64,000 nt of DNA, from NCBI GenBank assembly GCA_027468165.1, contig GCA_027468165.1_3951.1. One strand, 5' to 3'. Positions 26,357 to 36,222 of this stretch are shown piece by piece. The DNA comes from a phage. A program made the translations under genes and the position numbers. The first letter of the stretch is position 1. Each line of letters starts with the position of its first letter. The notes under the pieces are model-generated. The model searched no databases. It was not told the DNA's origin and saw only the letters and a list, made by a program, of their open reading frames with translations.

Positions 26357-27157
26357 CATCTGGTCAATACACTCGCAAGGTGTACCAGTTCTCTTATGAA
26401 CTTCTCCGCATTTCTACGGAGTGTCGGACTATATCACGTAGCAGTGATGCTACCGTTGCACTTGGGAATGGTCATTAGCTTACCACCCTACTCTACTCAG
26501 TTCATACGTTAAGTATGCCTTTCGATAGTCTCTGAACGTTTCTCTGTTAGGAATCTCTATAGTTATGTTATTTACTTAGGTAGTCAATTGCTCTTTGCAT
26601 ATTATCAACGCTATCTGCAAGCAACCCCAAAGCTCTGTTGCAATTGTGGCATAACATACCTCTTACCTTTCCGGTTTTATGGTCATGGTCAACAACAAGT
26701 TTAGCCTTGTGTCGTGAACCATTCATGATAAAACCTTCACCGCCACAAATTTGACATTTGTAATCACAGTCACGGAGTAGAGCTTCAACCTCTTCTCTTT
26801 CCAATCCATATGTTCTTAGGTAGTAATTCTTAACTCTACCTTTCTCACCGCAATGTGACGAACAATAAACTTGCCTTGCTGTTCTCGGCATGAACACCTT
26901 CTCACAACTAGGACATTTCTTAGTAAGAACCCTGTGTTCTGCCCTTCTGTCAAACTTTAATACACAACTTCTGCACCGTTTCTGATTGTATTGGTATGGT
27001 TTAAACTCCGTACCACACTCAGTGCATAATCTCTCTTCGTAACCTGCCATTGTCTCTCTCCTTGTTTTAGGAGTCCTAACAGAGACTTCGCTGCTGATTA
27101 CCATATCTTTACAGACTTAGGCTTCCAGCAATTCACAACGTTTTACATGCGCCACTG
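26357..27157 (-). mobile_element. Group I intron (about 801 nt) interrupting the DNA polymerase gene and carrying an HNH endonuclease ORF
   Basis: 5' exon ends in U paired to intron GCGCAU (P1); intron ends in G; R-like GTTCAGAGACTA and S-like GATATAGTCC elements (minus strand); exon lengths sum to 2700 nt in frame. Confidence 0.65.
26568..27050 (-). CDS. HNH homing endonuclease (intron-encoded)
   Basis: Cys-rich zinc-binding region plus VVDHDHKTGKVRGMLCHNCNRALG HNH motif; start at ATG after AAGGAGA RBS. Confidence 0.8.
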   Translation of the reverse strand: MAGYEERLCTECGTEFKPYQYNQKRCRSCVLKFDRRAEHRVLTKKCPSCEKVFMPRTARQVYCSSHCGEKGRVKNYYLRTYGLEREEVEALLRDCDYKCQICGGEGFIMNGSRHKAKLVVDHDHKTGKVRGMLCHNCNRALGLLADSVDNMQRAIDYLSK

Positions 27158-29300
27158 ACGCATAAATGCCATTTTTGGCTTTCTTACGACCTTTACTAAT
27201 TTCTTGAAGAAGACTTGCATCCTGTGTAGCTCGACATGTCAAGATGTCTTCCTCTTTATTAAGACTGAAGTAGATACTATTTAAAGTATGTGCATCAGTT
27301 CCTGAGTACACCACGTACAAGTCATTTTCCGAATCATAATGCAAATACTTGTCAATCTCTGGGTTTAGATACTGGTCAAAATGTTTGCAATAATATCTAC
27401 CATCCTCTTGTTTGACAAACTCAACCTCTTCTTTACCCTCTGTCACTGCTTTGGTGAACTCTTTATCACCCATAAAGTTACACAGCAGTACAAGTTGCGC
27501 GCTATTCATATCTGCTGAAACAATATTAGTTCCTTCTTCACAAGTCCAAACTTCCCTCATAGGTGCTCCATAGACAGCAGCACCAGACGGTACGTTTACA
27601 ATACCATATTGTGTCATACGTCCAGTTGAAGTACCAAATACCATTGCACCAGCACTAAGGCGACCATCTGGACGAATCTGGTTCAACCAACCTTTTTCAT
27701 CATCCTTTGAGTTCTCAATAGTTCTGCGTCGGTGCATCAAAGTATAGTACTTAGCAATCTTCTGTCCAAGCTCACCTTCAATCGTATCATAAGATGATTC
27801 AGTAAGTTTTGGTGAAGTCCTAATCAGACAAGGTTCAAGCAAATCTGTGTACTTCTTCACAGACCAGTTATGCTCAATGTACTGGACACCTTCGTGTTCA
27901 ACATAGCTCAAACCACACCGTTCCACCATCTCATCCCACTTAGGATGCTTTGTAATCATCTTTTTGTTGTCTTTGAAGCGACAAACCTTAACAGGACGAC
28001 CATCAGAGTCTTTCTTATAGTTCCAGTCATCTGGAATCCAACCAACTGATTTCAAGTAGTCTTTAACAACTGCTACCTGAGTCATACGAGAAACTTCGAA
28101 CTCAATTGGTGTATATGGTGCATCAATCAAACCTGTGTAGCGACTTGACTCAAGTTCAAAGTGGTTAACAACATGGCTGTTATAGTACTTCACAGTTTTA
28201 ACTGTTTTTACTGGCTTCCAGTCTTTGCACTTCTTACCAATCTTTGCATTCAACTCATTGCAAATTGCACGAGCATCCTTCATTGCTACAAAACCTTCCT
28301 TGTACTCTTCACCAGTTACGGAGTTGGTTGGTGTATAGCAATTCCGCTTTTCAATGTTAAAAATCTTTGTAGTTGGCTTACCAAATGGCTTGATTTCATA
28401 TGTCTGCATCTCACCGTTACGTACCTGCTGACGATACTTTGTCTTAGGGTACTTGGTAATTCTCTTCAGTCCATCTGCATGGCCGAATGCTTCAACATAC
28501 TCATTCCAAGCTTTTGCAAACTCTTCTCCAGTGACTTTGCCTTTGGTCTTAATAGTTGGAGGAAGATGTGGTTCAACTTCTGAAGCAAGCTCATTAGTCA
28601 ACTTGTCAAGTTCCTTTACATGGAACTCCATAAGCTCTTTATCAGCTTTCCAACCATTGATAGCTTGTTGACTCATCCAGAAAGATGTTTCTTTAGCTCG
28701 CATGTAGGTTTCATAGGTGTCTACGCCACACTTCTTCAGCTTGAGATATTCATTATCCAGTGCACGTTTAGTTTTGGCGTTAATACGGATATCTTCTACA
28801 ACACGAGTGAAGATTTCTGCATTCCACACACCCCAATGTTCAATCTCTGGTTTACGTACACCAACACGAGCACCCCATGCTGCCAAGCCATGAGCACCTT
28901 TATAGCCCTTTGGAGTTGGTCTATCCATCCACTGAACACGAGACTGGATAAGAGAATCCTGAAAGAAATTACTCCACGGCTTACACTTTGGATTATCAAA
29001 GTTCCACAAATCAGGTGCAATGTGATTGAAAACCCACCAGTCATACCCTAAACCATTATGGATGCAAAGTCGTTTTGCCTTTAACGCAAACTCAATACCT
29101 TCACGCAAACCACCCTTAATGTACTTGGTATACTTGTGACCGAGGATAGGCTCATCTGTAAAGACCCATACAGGTGGCTCTTCATCGTCAGATTTATAGT
29201 CTGCGAAAGCCATTACGTGCACTTTAGTGAACTCAAGGAGTAAACCATCAGTTTCTGTATCACCAACTAAATGTAAGTTTTTAAAATCTACGTTTTCCAT
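27158..29300 (-). CDS. DNA polymerase (family A), exon 1 (3'-5' exonuclease and N-terminal polymerase part)
   Basis: N-terminal exo motif VGDTETDG; ends in RKKAKNGIYA (start of motif B) then reads into an intron stop; start at ATG after GAGGGAG RBS. Confidence 0.75.
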
Positions 29301-29557
29301 TTTTACTCCCTCTAAAATCATTAACCACATACATTACTGCAAAAAATTATAAAAAGCAAGTTGACAATGTACTTGACAAGGTGTTAATCTTTGCGAAGTG
29401 GGTTTTTACTTAAAAGGTTACTTAACAGTTTAACTATACAGATACTTTAAAACTCTTAAAAGATTATTTAATAGCTTTTAAAAAGCTTTAAAGTATAACG
29501 TATAGAATACGTTAAGATAAAAGATTAAAACTTAATAGTTACTTAAAAGAGGCTTAC

Positions 29558-29980
29558 ATGCAGAAAATGTTTGTTCACCCAGACATAGCTGACTTTGTTA
29601 GAGCTTTGCAGAAGTTGGAAGAACTTGACATTGCTGCTCAACGGGAATATGCTCACCATCACAGGAGAATGGTTGATATACAACATGAAATAGAGTTGTC
29701 TGAAAACTATGAAGATGACTTAAAATGCTCTGTATTTGAGCATATGAAAGATGTTGCTACAGCGAGACGTAAAGCTAAAGACACAGTTGCTTTACTAGAT
29801 TCTCTTAAAAAGAAGTTGCAAAGTGGTACAGACCTGTGTAATCTAGCGTCACTGATTAATGATGTTGAAACTTCTTGGGATAGGCATTACTATCCACGTT
29901 CTGAAAAGACACTTGACTTTTCTTCATCCGAAAACTTAAAATGCTCTAGAAAGAAACTTAACCAACTGAGAGAGAAATAA
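29558..29980 (+). CDS. Hypothetical protein (first gene of the plus-strand early block)
   Basis: 140 aa ORF after an AT-rich control region. Confidence 0.4.
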   Translation: MQKMFVHPDIADFVRALQKLEELDIAAQREYAHHHRRMVDIQHEIELSENYEDDLKCSVFEHMKDVATARRKAKDTVALLDSLKKKLQSGTDLCNLASLINDVETSWDRHYYPRSEKTLDFSSSENLKCSRKKLNQLREK

Positions 29981-29981
29981 T

Positions 29982-30794
29982 ATGAACACTACTGTAGACC
30001 AGATGCTTAAAGAAAAAGGTGTTGACGAAGCATTCTTAATCAATGCCGTAGAAAGCATGGCTATGATTCTTCGTGGAAACAACTACACAGAACAGTTTAT
30101 GCCTGCAAGCTATAACTTGCCTAAAGACAAGTCTGATAACGGTGCTTTTGCAGAACAGGTTAACATGATGCTGTGCGACAAGAAACTTGCTTTAGCATCC
30201 ATCGTTGTAGGTGTTGATGCTCTTGCAGAGTTCATCTTTTATGAGATGCAGAAAAATGACTATATTGCCATGACCTCTGAAGAAAAAGACTCGCTACTAC
30301 TCTTAGATAATAATGAGCTAGTTGACCTGTTAATTTCGTCAACGAGTGCTGTTATGGCTGCTCTTGAGAAGCGCATGGAAGAGAAGCTGTCACGATATGA
30401 AAAACTTGATTGGGGTGTAGAAGAGTTAAACCCACGAATCAAAGAGATTATCCAGCAAACCAAAGATTCTTTGGAAGAAGCTGTGAAAGATGATTCCGTA
30501 GCTGATGTAGAACCACTACAGGTGAAGGTCGCTCTGATGATTCCAGCTATTTCTACAATGATGAATATCGTTGCACTAATCCAACTTTCACAGATGTTGG
30601 GTGTAACCATTGAGTTCGTTGAGGAGATGACTGGTGGTGTCAGTATGCAAGCAATCAATGATGTTTTGGTAAACATTGGTGCTTCAATCATTGAAGAGAA
30701 GCTGCGTATTAACTTTGGTGATGATTTTGTGAAGCAAGTATCAGCTATGGCTGAAAAAGAGTATTCACAGATTAATACCGACCAACTGCACTAA
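29982..30794 (+). CDS. Hypothetical protein
   Basis: 270 aa ORF followed by a terminator. Confidence 0.4.
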   Translation: MNTTVDQMLKEKGVDEAFLINAVESMAMILRGNNYTEQFMPASYNLPKDKSDNGAFAEQVNMMLCDKKLALASIVVGVDALAEFIFYEMQKNDYIAMTSEEKDSLLLLDNNELVDLLISSTSAVMAALEKRMEEKLSRYEKLDWGVEELNPRIKEIIQQTKDSLEEAVKDDSVADVEPLQVKVALMIPAISTMMNIVALIQLSQMLGVTIEFVEEMTGGVSMQAINDVLVNIGASIIEEKLRINFGDDFVKQVSAMAEKEYSQINTDQLH

Positions 30795-30811
30795 GTCTTT
30801 ATAAACCCTAC

Positions 30812-30838
30812 AAGCCTCCTTAGTTGGGGGCTTTTTTA
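30812..30838 (+). terminator. Rho-independent terminator
   Basis: AGCCTCC/GGGGGCT hairpin followed by TTTTTT. Confidence 0.5.
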
Positions 30839-30856
30839 GTAATGAAGGGAGGTAGA

Positions 30857-31600
30857 ATGAGTAGTATTATTGCATTTACTGGAAAGGCACGTTCTGGAAA
30901 AGACACCTCATGCTCTATTGTCAAGAATATCTTAGAAGATGAGTATGGCTACAATGTTGCAGTAATGGCCTATGCAGACAATCTTAAGCTATCTGCGTCA
31001 AAGATATTTGACCTGACTTGGAATGACCTTTACGGAGAAACTAAAGAGACTCCACAGGTTTTTGATTTATCATACCCTGAACTTATGAGTAAAGTTACGG
31101 AAGCTATGGAGTTCACCTTCAGAGATGAACGTTACCATATGGACTTTAAGCTTATGTCTGAGTTAACCGGACGATTAATCATGGAACTTAAGAGGGTTGC
31201 TAAACCAACTCTATTGACACGTCTGGGTTTTAGCAAGAAGTATAAATTCTCATCAAGACAAATTCAACAGATTTGGGGTACTGAAGTTATCCGTAAAGTT
31301 ATGGGTGACAAGTTCTGGGCTAAAGACCTTGAAAAAAGAATGGTAAACTTCTTTGATGTTTGCTCACTTAGGAATCAAGAAGGTGTTGTTTTAATCAGTG
31401 ACTTAAGGTTTGACTCTGAAGCTGAGTGGTTGAGCAGATTTGCACACCAAACTATTGAAGTAAAAAGAGACAATGTGGACAAGGTTTCATCACATGTTTC
31501 AGAAAATGGAATTTCTACTAAATATGCGCGTGACATTATCCATAATAATGGTACTCTTGAAGACCTTGAAAACAAGCTAAGAGCTATCCTGAAAATTTAA
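30857..31600 (+). CDS. P-loop kinase, putative deoxynucleoside monophosphate kinase
   Basis: Walker A FTGKARSGKDT near the N-terminus; ATG after GGGAGG RBS. Confidence 0.5.
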   Translation: MSSIIAFTGKARSGKDTSCSIVKNILEDEYGYNVAVMAYADNLKLSASKIFDLTWNDLYGETKETPQVFDLSYPELMSKVTEAMEFTFRDERYHMDFKLMSELTGRLIMELKRVAKPTLLTRLGFSKKYKFSSRQIQQIWGTEVIRKVMGDKFWAKDLEKRMVNFFDVCSLRNQEGVVLISDLRFDSEAEWLSRFAHQTIEVKRDNVDKVSSHVSENGISTKYARDIIHNNGTLEDLENKLRAILKI

Positions 31601-31608
31601 AAGAGAGA

Positions 31609-31809
31609 ATGAAGATGAGAGTAAAAGATAATTTCAAAGTTATTGACCATCGTTTAGTGGAACTCTCATCTCTTTCCAATGAGGTAATGATTGAACGTCT
31701 TAAGAGAGTTGAATCACGAAGGAAAGAGATTGCAGATGAAATTCATGAACTGGACAAGATTGAAAATGGATTGAAGGCAGAACTACAACGAAGAGGTGCT
31801 AATGTCTAA
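31609..31809 (+). CDS. Small coiled-coil protein (hypothetical)
   Basis: 66 aa ORF. Confidence 0.3.
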   Translation: MKMRVKDNFKVIDHRLVELSSLSNEVMIERLKRVESRRKEIADEIHELDKIENGLKAELQRRGANV

Positions 31810-33787
31810 AGGTCGTAAATTGAAAGAGGCTGGTCAGTTTATTGGTCATTGTGCATGTCCACGTTGTGGTTCATCAGATGCTGGTTCAATCTACCATCAT
31901 GACGATGATTCTTATTCGATGACTTGCTTTAGCTGTAACAAAGGTTTCCCAGAGTGGGATTTTGATAAAGGACAAATCGTGAGCACTTATTCTACTGGTT
32001 CAGATAATAAAAACCGTACTTTCCGTGGAATGGATTTAGACGATGTAAAAGAAAACCTAGAAGCAATGGACTTGAAAGATAGGAAGATTCCTGCAAAAGT
32101 CCTTGAACGTTTAGGTATCAAGGTTGACATTGATAGTGACGGTGAAATTGATGCACATTTCTATCCGACTTACAAACGTAATGAAGATGGCAAGCTAGAA
32201 CATGTTGGTTATCGTGTTCGTCACCGTTACCCAGAAGACCATCCAAAAGAACACCTACGTGGTAAGTTAAAAGACTTTTCAGGTGGTGTTGGAGATATTA
32301 AAGGCGAACTGGCAATGTTTGGTTCATGGATTGCTCCAGAAGGTGGTAACCGTTTATTCATCTGGGAAGGTGAGATGGAATGTGCGACAGCTATCTACAT
32401 GACTTCTTTGGCAATTAAAGATAAGTCTCGTCGTAAGAATTACTGTCACGTATCTGTTCCATCAGGTGCAAACATTAAGTCTATCAAAGACAACTATCAG
32501 TACATCACATCATTTGATGAGATTTACTTGTGCTTTGATAACGATGAAGCAGGTGCTAAAGCCACTAAAGAGGCTGCTGGTATCCTCCCTATTGAGAAGG
32601 TTCGTTTATTCCAGTATCCAGAAGGTGTAAAAGACCTTAACGAATGGTGGACAAAGTTCTATAAAGAGAAAGATACAGTTCTGGAAGGATTTAAGCAGCG
32701 TATCTACAACGCACCTCGTTACTGCCCTGCTGGTATCAAGAACTTCGCAGATGGTTTTGAGGCAATGAAGAATCGTGGTCAGATTCCATTGATTCCTTTC
32801 CCAGAGTCTTTCGGAGATTTGAACAGGCTGACTTATGGTGGTTATGGTTTAGGTGAGATTACAACTATTGCAGCACCATCTTCAGTAGGTAAGTCAGCTT
32901 ACACTCGTGAGATGATTTATTCAGCTTGGAAAGAAACTGATTATAATATCGGTGTAATTCCTGTAGAAGATACCTATGAAGAGTTGATGGAGATGCTCTG
33001 TGCAATTCACCTGAGCAAACAGATTTCTGAGATTCCTTATGACGAACGTGATTGGGATGAATTAAGGGGGGCACACGCAGAGCTTTCTAAAGGTCGTCGA
33101 ATCCATATCGTTGACCATCAAGGGGCAATTGACCAAGATAACCTGCTAGAGTTTGTTGACTATCTTGTTAATAGTTTAGACTGTAAGATTATCATCCTTG
33201 ACCCTATTACGTTGGCTCTGTCACGTTCAGATACGGATGAAGAGGAAGTTTTGTCTGAGCTATTGCGTCGTTGTAAACGCTACCAGTATGCGCAGGTAAA
33301 CGTGTGTCACGTTCGTAAGAGTGCAGGTGGTCAGAAAGCCAACTCTGAAGGTGGAGATATCTCTGAAGAGGATATTAAGGGTTCTGGTGCATACTTCCAG
33401 ATTTCCATGAACAACATTCTGTTAATGCGTAACAAGGTTGACCCAGACCCTGTTAAGAAAAACTTGACAAAAATCAAGTTAACTAAGTGCCGTCGTCATG
33501 GTAAGTCAACAGGTATTGCTGGACACACTTGGTACAATCCAGACACAGGACGTCTTATCAAAGCTTCTGGATGTGGTGTTGATATTGATGGTGCAGCAGA
33601 AAATATTCGGCAACAGTTTGGTATTGGTGAAGCCGAAGACCATTACGATGACTCTTTGCCACATTATGAGGATGAAGTGTTTGACCGTGAGACTGGTGAA
33701 GTCTATACTGAAGAGCAGCGTCAAAGCTCAACGATTCCACCTGTATTAAGTGAGGATGCAGATGACTGCCCATTCGAAACTGAGTGA
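31802..33787 (+). CDS. DNA primase/helicase (T7 gp4-like bifunctional)
   Basis: N-terminal zinc finger CPRCGSSD...CFSCNKG; central primase-like region; C-terminal helicase with Walker A APSSVGKS and Walker B IIILD. Confidence 0.8.
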   Translation: MSKGRKLKEAGQFIGHCACPRCGSSDAGSIYHHDDDSYSMTCFSCNKGFPEWDFDKGQIVSTYSTGSDNKNRTFRGMDLDDVKENLEAMDLKDRKIPAKVLERLGIKVDIDSDGEIDAHFYPTYKRNEDGKLEHVGYRVRHRYPEDHPKEHLRGKLKDFSGGVGDIKGELAMFGSWIAPEGGNRLFIWEGEMECATAIYMTSLAIKDKSRRKNYCHVSVPSGANIKSIKDNYQYITSFDEIYLCFDNDEAGAKATKEAAGILPIEKVRLFQYPEGVKDLNEWWTKFYKEKDTVLEGFKQRIYNAPRYCPAGIKNFADGFEAMKNRGQIPLIPFPESFGDLNRLTYGGYGLGEITTIAAPSSVGKSAYTREMIYSAWKETDYNIGVIPVEDTYEELMEMLCAIHLSKQISEIPYDERDWDELRGAHAELSKGRRIHIVDHQGAIDQDNLLEFVDYLVNSLDCKIIILDPITLALSRSDTDEEEVLSELLRRCKRYQYAQVNVCHVRKSAGGQKANSEGGDISEEDIKGSGAYFQISMNNILLMRNKVDPDPVKKNLTKIKLTKCRRHGKSTGIAGHTWYNPDTGRLIKASGCGVDIDGAAENIRQQFGIGEAEDHYDDSLPHYEDEVFDRETGEVYTEEQRQSSTIPPVLSEDADDCPFETE

Positions 33788-34039
33788 TAGTTATAAAAGA
33801 GAGGGGTTCACACCCTTCTTTGAAGAAAAAAGTTTAAATAAATTTCAGGAAGAGTGTTTGACAAAGATTGATAGGTTCTATAGAATGCTCCACATGAAAT
33901 GCAATGGGGGAGTTGAGATAAAACAAGATTTCCACCAGAGCATGATTACGGTCATCATTGCGCTACCTCAGCATAATATTAGTTGGCTGTTTATAATTAA
34001 AGAAAATGTGTTTGAATATCAAGTATATCGGAGAATATC

Positions 34040-34189
34040 ATGAAACACTCTAAAGCATTTGAAAAAGTTTTTGGGGATTCCTTAAAAGCCACTGCTGGCA
34101 AACCAGCAAAATACTATGAAGAGAAGCGTGTAAGAACTGGAAAAACTGCACGTAAAGCAGCTTCTAAAGATAAGCACAATTTCCAGTAA
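34040..34189 (+). CDS. Small basic protein (hypothetical, 49 aa)
   Basis: ATG after GGAGAA RBS in the gap between helicase and SSB genes; below the ORF-track size cutoff. Confidence 0.25.
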   Translation: MKHSKAFEKVFGDSLKATAGKPAKYYEEKRVRTGKTARKAASKDKHNFQ

Positions 34190-34196
34190 TTAATGT

Positions 34197-34225
34197 TTGA
34201 CAATAGAGTATCAACAAATTAGAAT
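34197..34225 (+). promoter_or_regulatory. Sigma70-like promoter
   Basis: TTGACA, 17 nt spacer, TAGAAT; about 35 nt upstream of the SSB-like gene. Confidence 0.5.
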
Positions 34226-34261
34226 TGGTACTCTTCATAAATTGAGATAGAGGTTTAAATA

Positions 34262-35119
34262 ATGTCTAAAGTTGTTAAAATGAAAGCTCCGGTAGAGAAG
34301 TACAATGGTACTGAACGTCAAACTCTGCGTTACCTGCTGAAAGATGTTTGGTTTTATTACCTGAACACTTCACCACGTCCGGCAAAAGGTAAATCCATTG
34401 ATAAGAAATTCCCAGGAAAAGATTGTAACTACAGTGTTTCAATTCTGGCAGAGGATGGTAACAAGCTGTTTAAAGAGTTTACTAAGTCTAAGAAAAACCC
34501 AGAAGGTTGGGATAAAGTTACTACTGAAGCAGTTGATGCAGATGACTTCGAAGAGAAGTTTGGTTGCAAACCACCATTTGAAGCAGACACTTACCATATC
34601 TTGAAAGTAAGTCGTGCAGCAGCTTATAAAGATGGTGCTGTGTGGACAGCTAAACAGTCATTCCCTGTAATGCTGATTGAAGAAGTAAATGGTAAGCGTG
34701 TAGCTGTTAAACAGCCGATGAAGAAAATCAAAGCTCAAGCATCTGACAAACATGAAGATGACAAGAACTATGATGTAATTCATCCAGATATTGCAGTCGG
34801 TAACGGTTCTTTTGGTAGTGTGATTCTTTCTACTCACTTCTACACTTTTGAGAACAATGTTCTGACAAAACCTATTCAGGAACAGTTTATCATTGATACC
34901 CTTGTACCTTACACTGGTGGTAACGGTGCTAACGGTGAACCTGAACTGGATGAAGACGAACTGGCTATGCTTGGTCTTGATGGTGTTGAAGATAACGGTG
35001 AAATCACTGAAGAAGACGCAAAAGACCACAAACCTTCGAATGATTCTGATGATGGTGACGATGAAGACTTGCCAGACCCAGATGACGAAGAAGATGAAGA
35101 CTTCGATACAGAAGACTAA
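34262..35119 (+). CDS. Single-stranded DNA-binding protein (T7 gp2.5-like, putative)
   Basis: Highly acidic C-terminal tail ending DEEDEDFDTED with an aromatic residue near the end; replication-module context. Confidence 0.5.
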   Translation: MSKVVKMKAPVEKYNGTERQTLRYLLKDVWFYYLNTSPRPAKGKSIDKKFPGKDCNYSVSILAEDGNKLFKEFTKSKKNPEGWDKVTTEAVDADDFEEKFGCKPPFEADTYHILKVSRAAAYKDGAVWTAKQSFPVMLIEEVNGKRVAVKQPMKKIKAQASDKHEDDKNYDVIHPDIAVGNGSFGSVILSTHFYTFENNVLTKPIQEQFIIDTLVPYTGGNGANGEPELDEDELAMLGLDGVEDNGEITEEDAKDHKPSNDSDDGDDEDLPDPDDEEDEDFDTED

Positions 35120-35138
35120 TCTCTAAAAGTTACTTTAA

Positions 35139-35165
35139 AGCCCTGTACTTGGTATGGGGCTTTTT
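35139..35165 (+). terminator. Rho-independent terminator
   Basis: AGCCC/GGGCT hairpin followed by TTTTT. Confidence 0.45.
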
Positions 35166-35181
35166 CATATGGAGAGTCACA

Positions 35182-36222
35182 ATGGAGAAGTATACGCTAA
35201 CAAAACTTCCCGATTCAGTTACACATGTCTTTATTGACTCTGACAGTATTGCCTATAAAGGTGCTTGTGTAGTTGAGAAAGCAAAATATAAATATGTCAA
35301 TAAACTCACAGCAGAAGAATCTGAACCATTTGATAATGCAAAAGATGCTGCAAGATGGTTAGCAGACCAGAGAATCTTTGTAGAAGAGCTTGGCCTAACA
35401 TTTGATGAAGATGAATGGGAAAGACAGACTTGGAAAGAAGCTAAGAGTGAAAAAGAAGCTATCATGGCTACTCAGCAGGTTCTTCAGGAATGGCTTAAGG
35501 TTGTTGGTAAAGAAAGAACTTGGGTAGGTTATTTAACAGAGAAGGGTGTGCATAAACATAAAGACGTTAAAGGTCTTGAGCACCAATATCAAGGTAACCG
35601 TAAAGATGCTGTCACACCAACACACTTAGTTGCTTGTCGTGAATATCTTTTATCCAGACCAGAGTTCAAACTCTTAAAGGGTGGATTCGAAGCTGATTCC
35701 ATCGTAATTGCTAAAGCTGAAAAGATGGGTAAGAAAGCTGCTCTTATGAGTATTGACAAAGACCTTCGACAAGCTGAAGGAACCTATTGTATTGATATGA
35801 CTTATGAAAAATCACCACTAATTTTTATCGCTGATAATAACGTTGGTGATATCTGGGATTGTCCTATCAAATCAAAACCAAAAGCTGCAAAAACAGTTGG
35901 TGTAGGTTTTAAATTTTTGTGTTATCAGGCTGTTGCTGGTGATAATGCAGATAACTACTTCGGTCTTAAAGGTGCTGGAAAAGTAGCTGTGATGAATGCT
36001 TTAGATGGTAAAGAGACCTATAAAGAGTGTCTTGACGCTATCTATGAACTCTATGCTAAAAAAGAGTCTTATACCTATGTATCATGGGATGGACAGACTG
36101 TTACAAAAACACCATTAGAGTTAATGGAGCAGCATTTCTGGGTAGCATATCAAGAGAGAAATCCAAAAGATAATTTCTCTTTTAAGAAATATAATTGGGA
36201 GCCGTGTATGAATGAAGATTAA
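35182..36222 (+). CDS. 5'-3' exonuclease (FEN/RNase H family)
   Basis: N-terminal FIDSDSIAYK (cf. DG.S..YR) and helix-3-turn-helix-like AVAGDNADNYFGLKGAGKVA; ATG after GGAGAG RBS. Confidence 0.6.
   Translation: MEKYTLTKLPDSVTHVFIDSDSIAYKGACVVEKAKYKYVNKLTAEESEPFDNAKDAARWLADQRIFVEELGLTFDEDEWERQTWKEAKSEKEAIMATQQVLQEWLKVVGKERTWVGYLTEKGVHKHKDVKGLEHQYQGNRKDAVTPTHLVACREYLLSRPEFKLLKGGFEADSIVIAKAEKMGKKAALMSIDKDLRQAEGTYCIDMTYEKSPLIFIADNNVGDIWDCPIKSKPKAAKTVGVGFKFLCYQAVAGDNADNYFGLKGAGKVAVMNALDGKETYKECLDAIYELYAKKESYTYVSWDGQTVTKTPLELMEQHFWVAYQERNPKDNFSFKKYNWEPCMNED

Noticed and set aside
28161-29051. Several plus-strand ORFs (140, 72, 143 aa) within the DNA polymerase exon 1 region
   Set aside because: All lie antisense to the polymerase coding sequence, which has recognisable exonuclease and polymerase motifs.
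33750-34043. 97 aa ORF overlapping the end of the primase-helicase gene
   Set aside because: No convincing RBS at any in-frame start; a shorter 49-codon ORF at 34040-34189 has a better start context, though that one is also uncertain.
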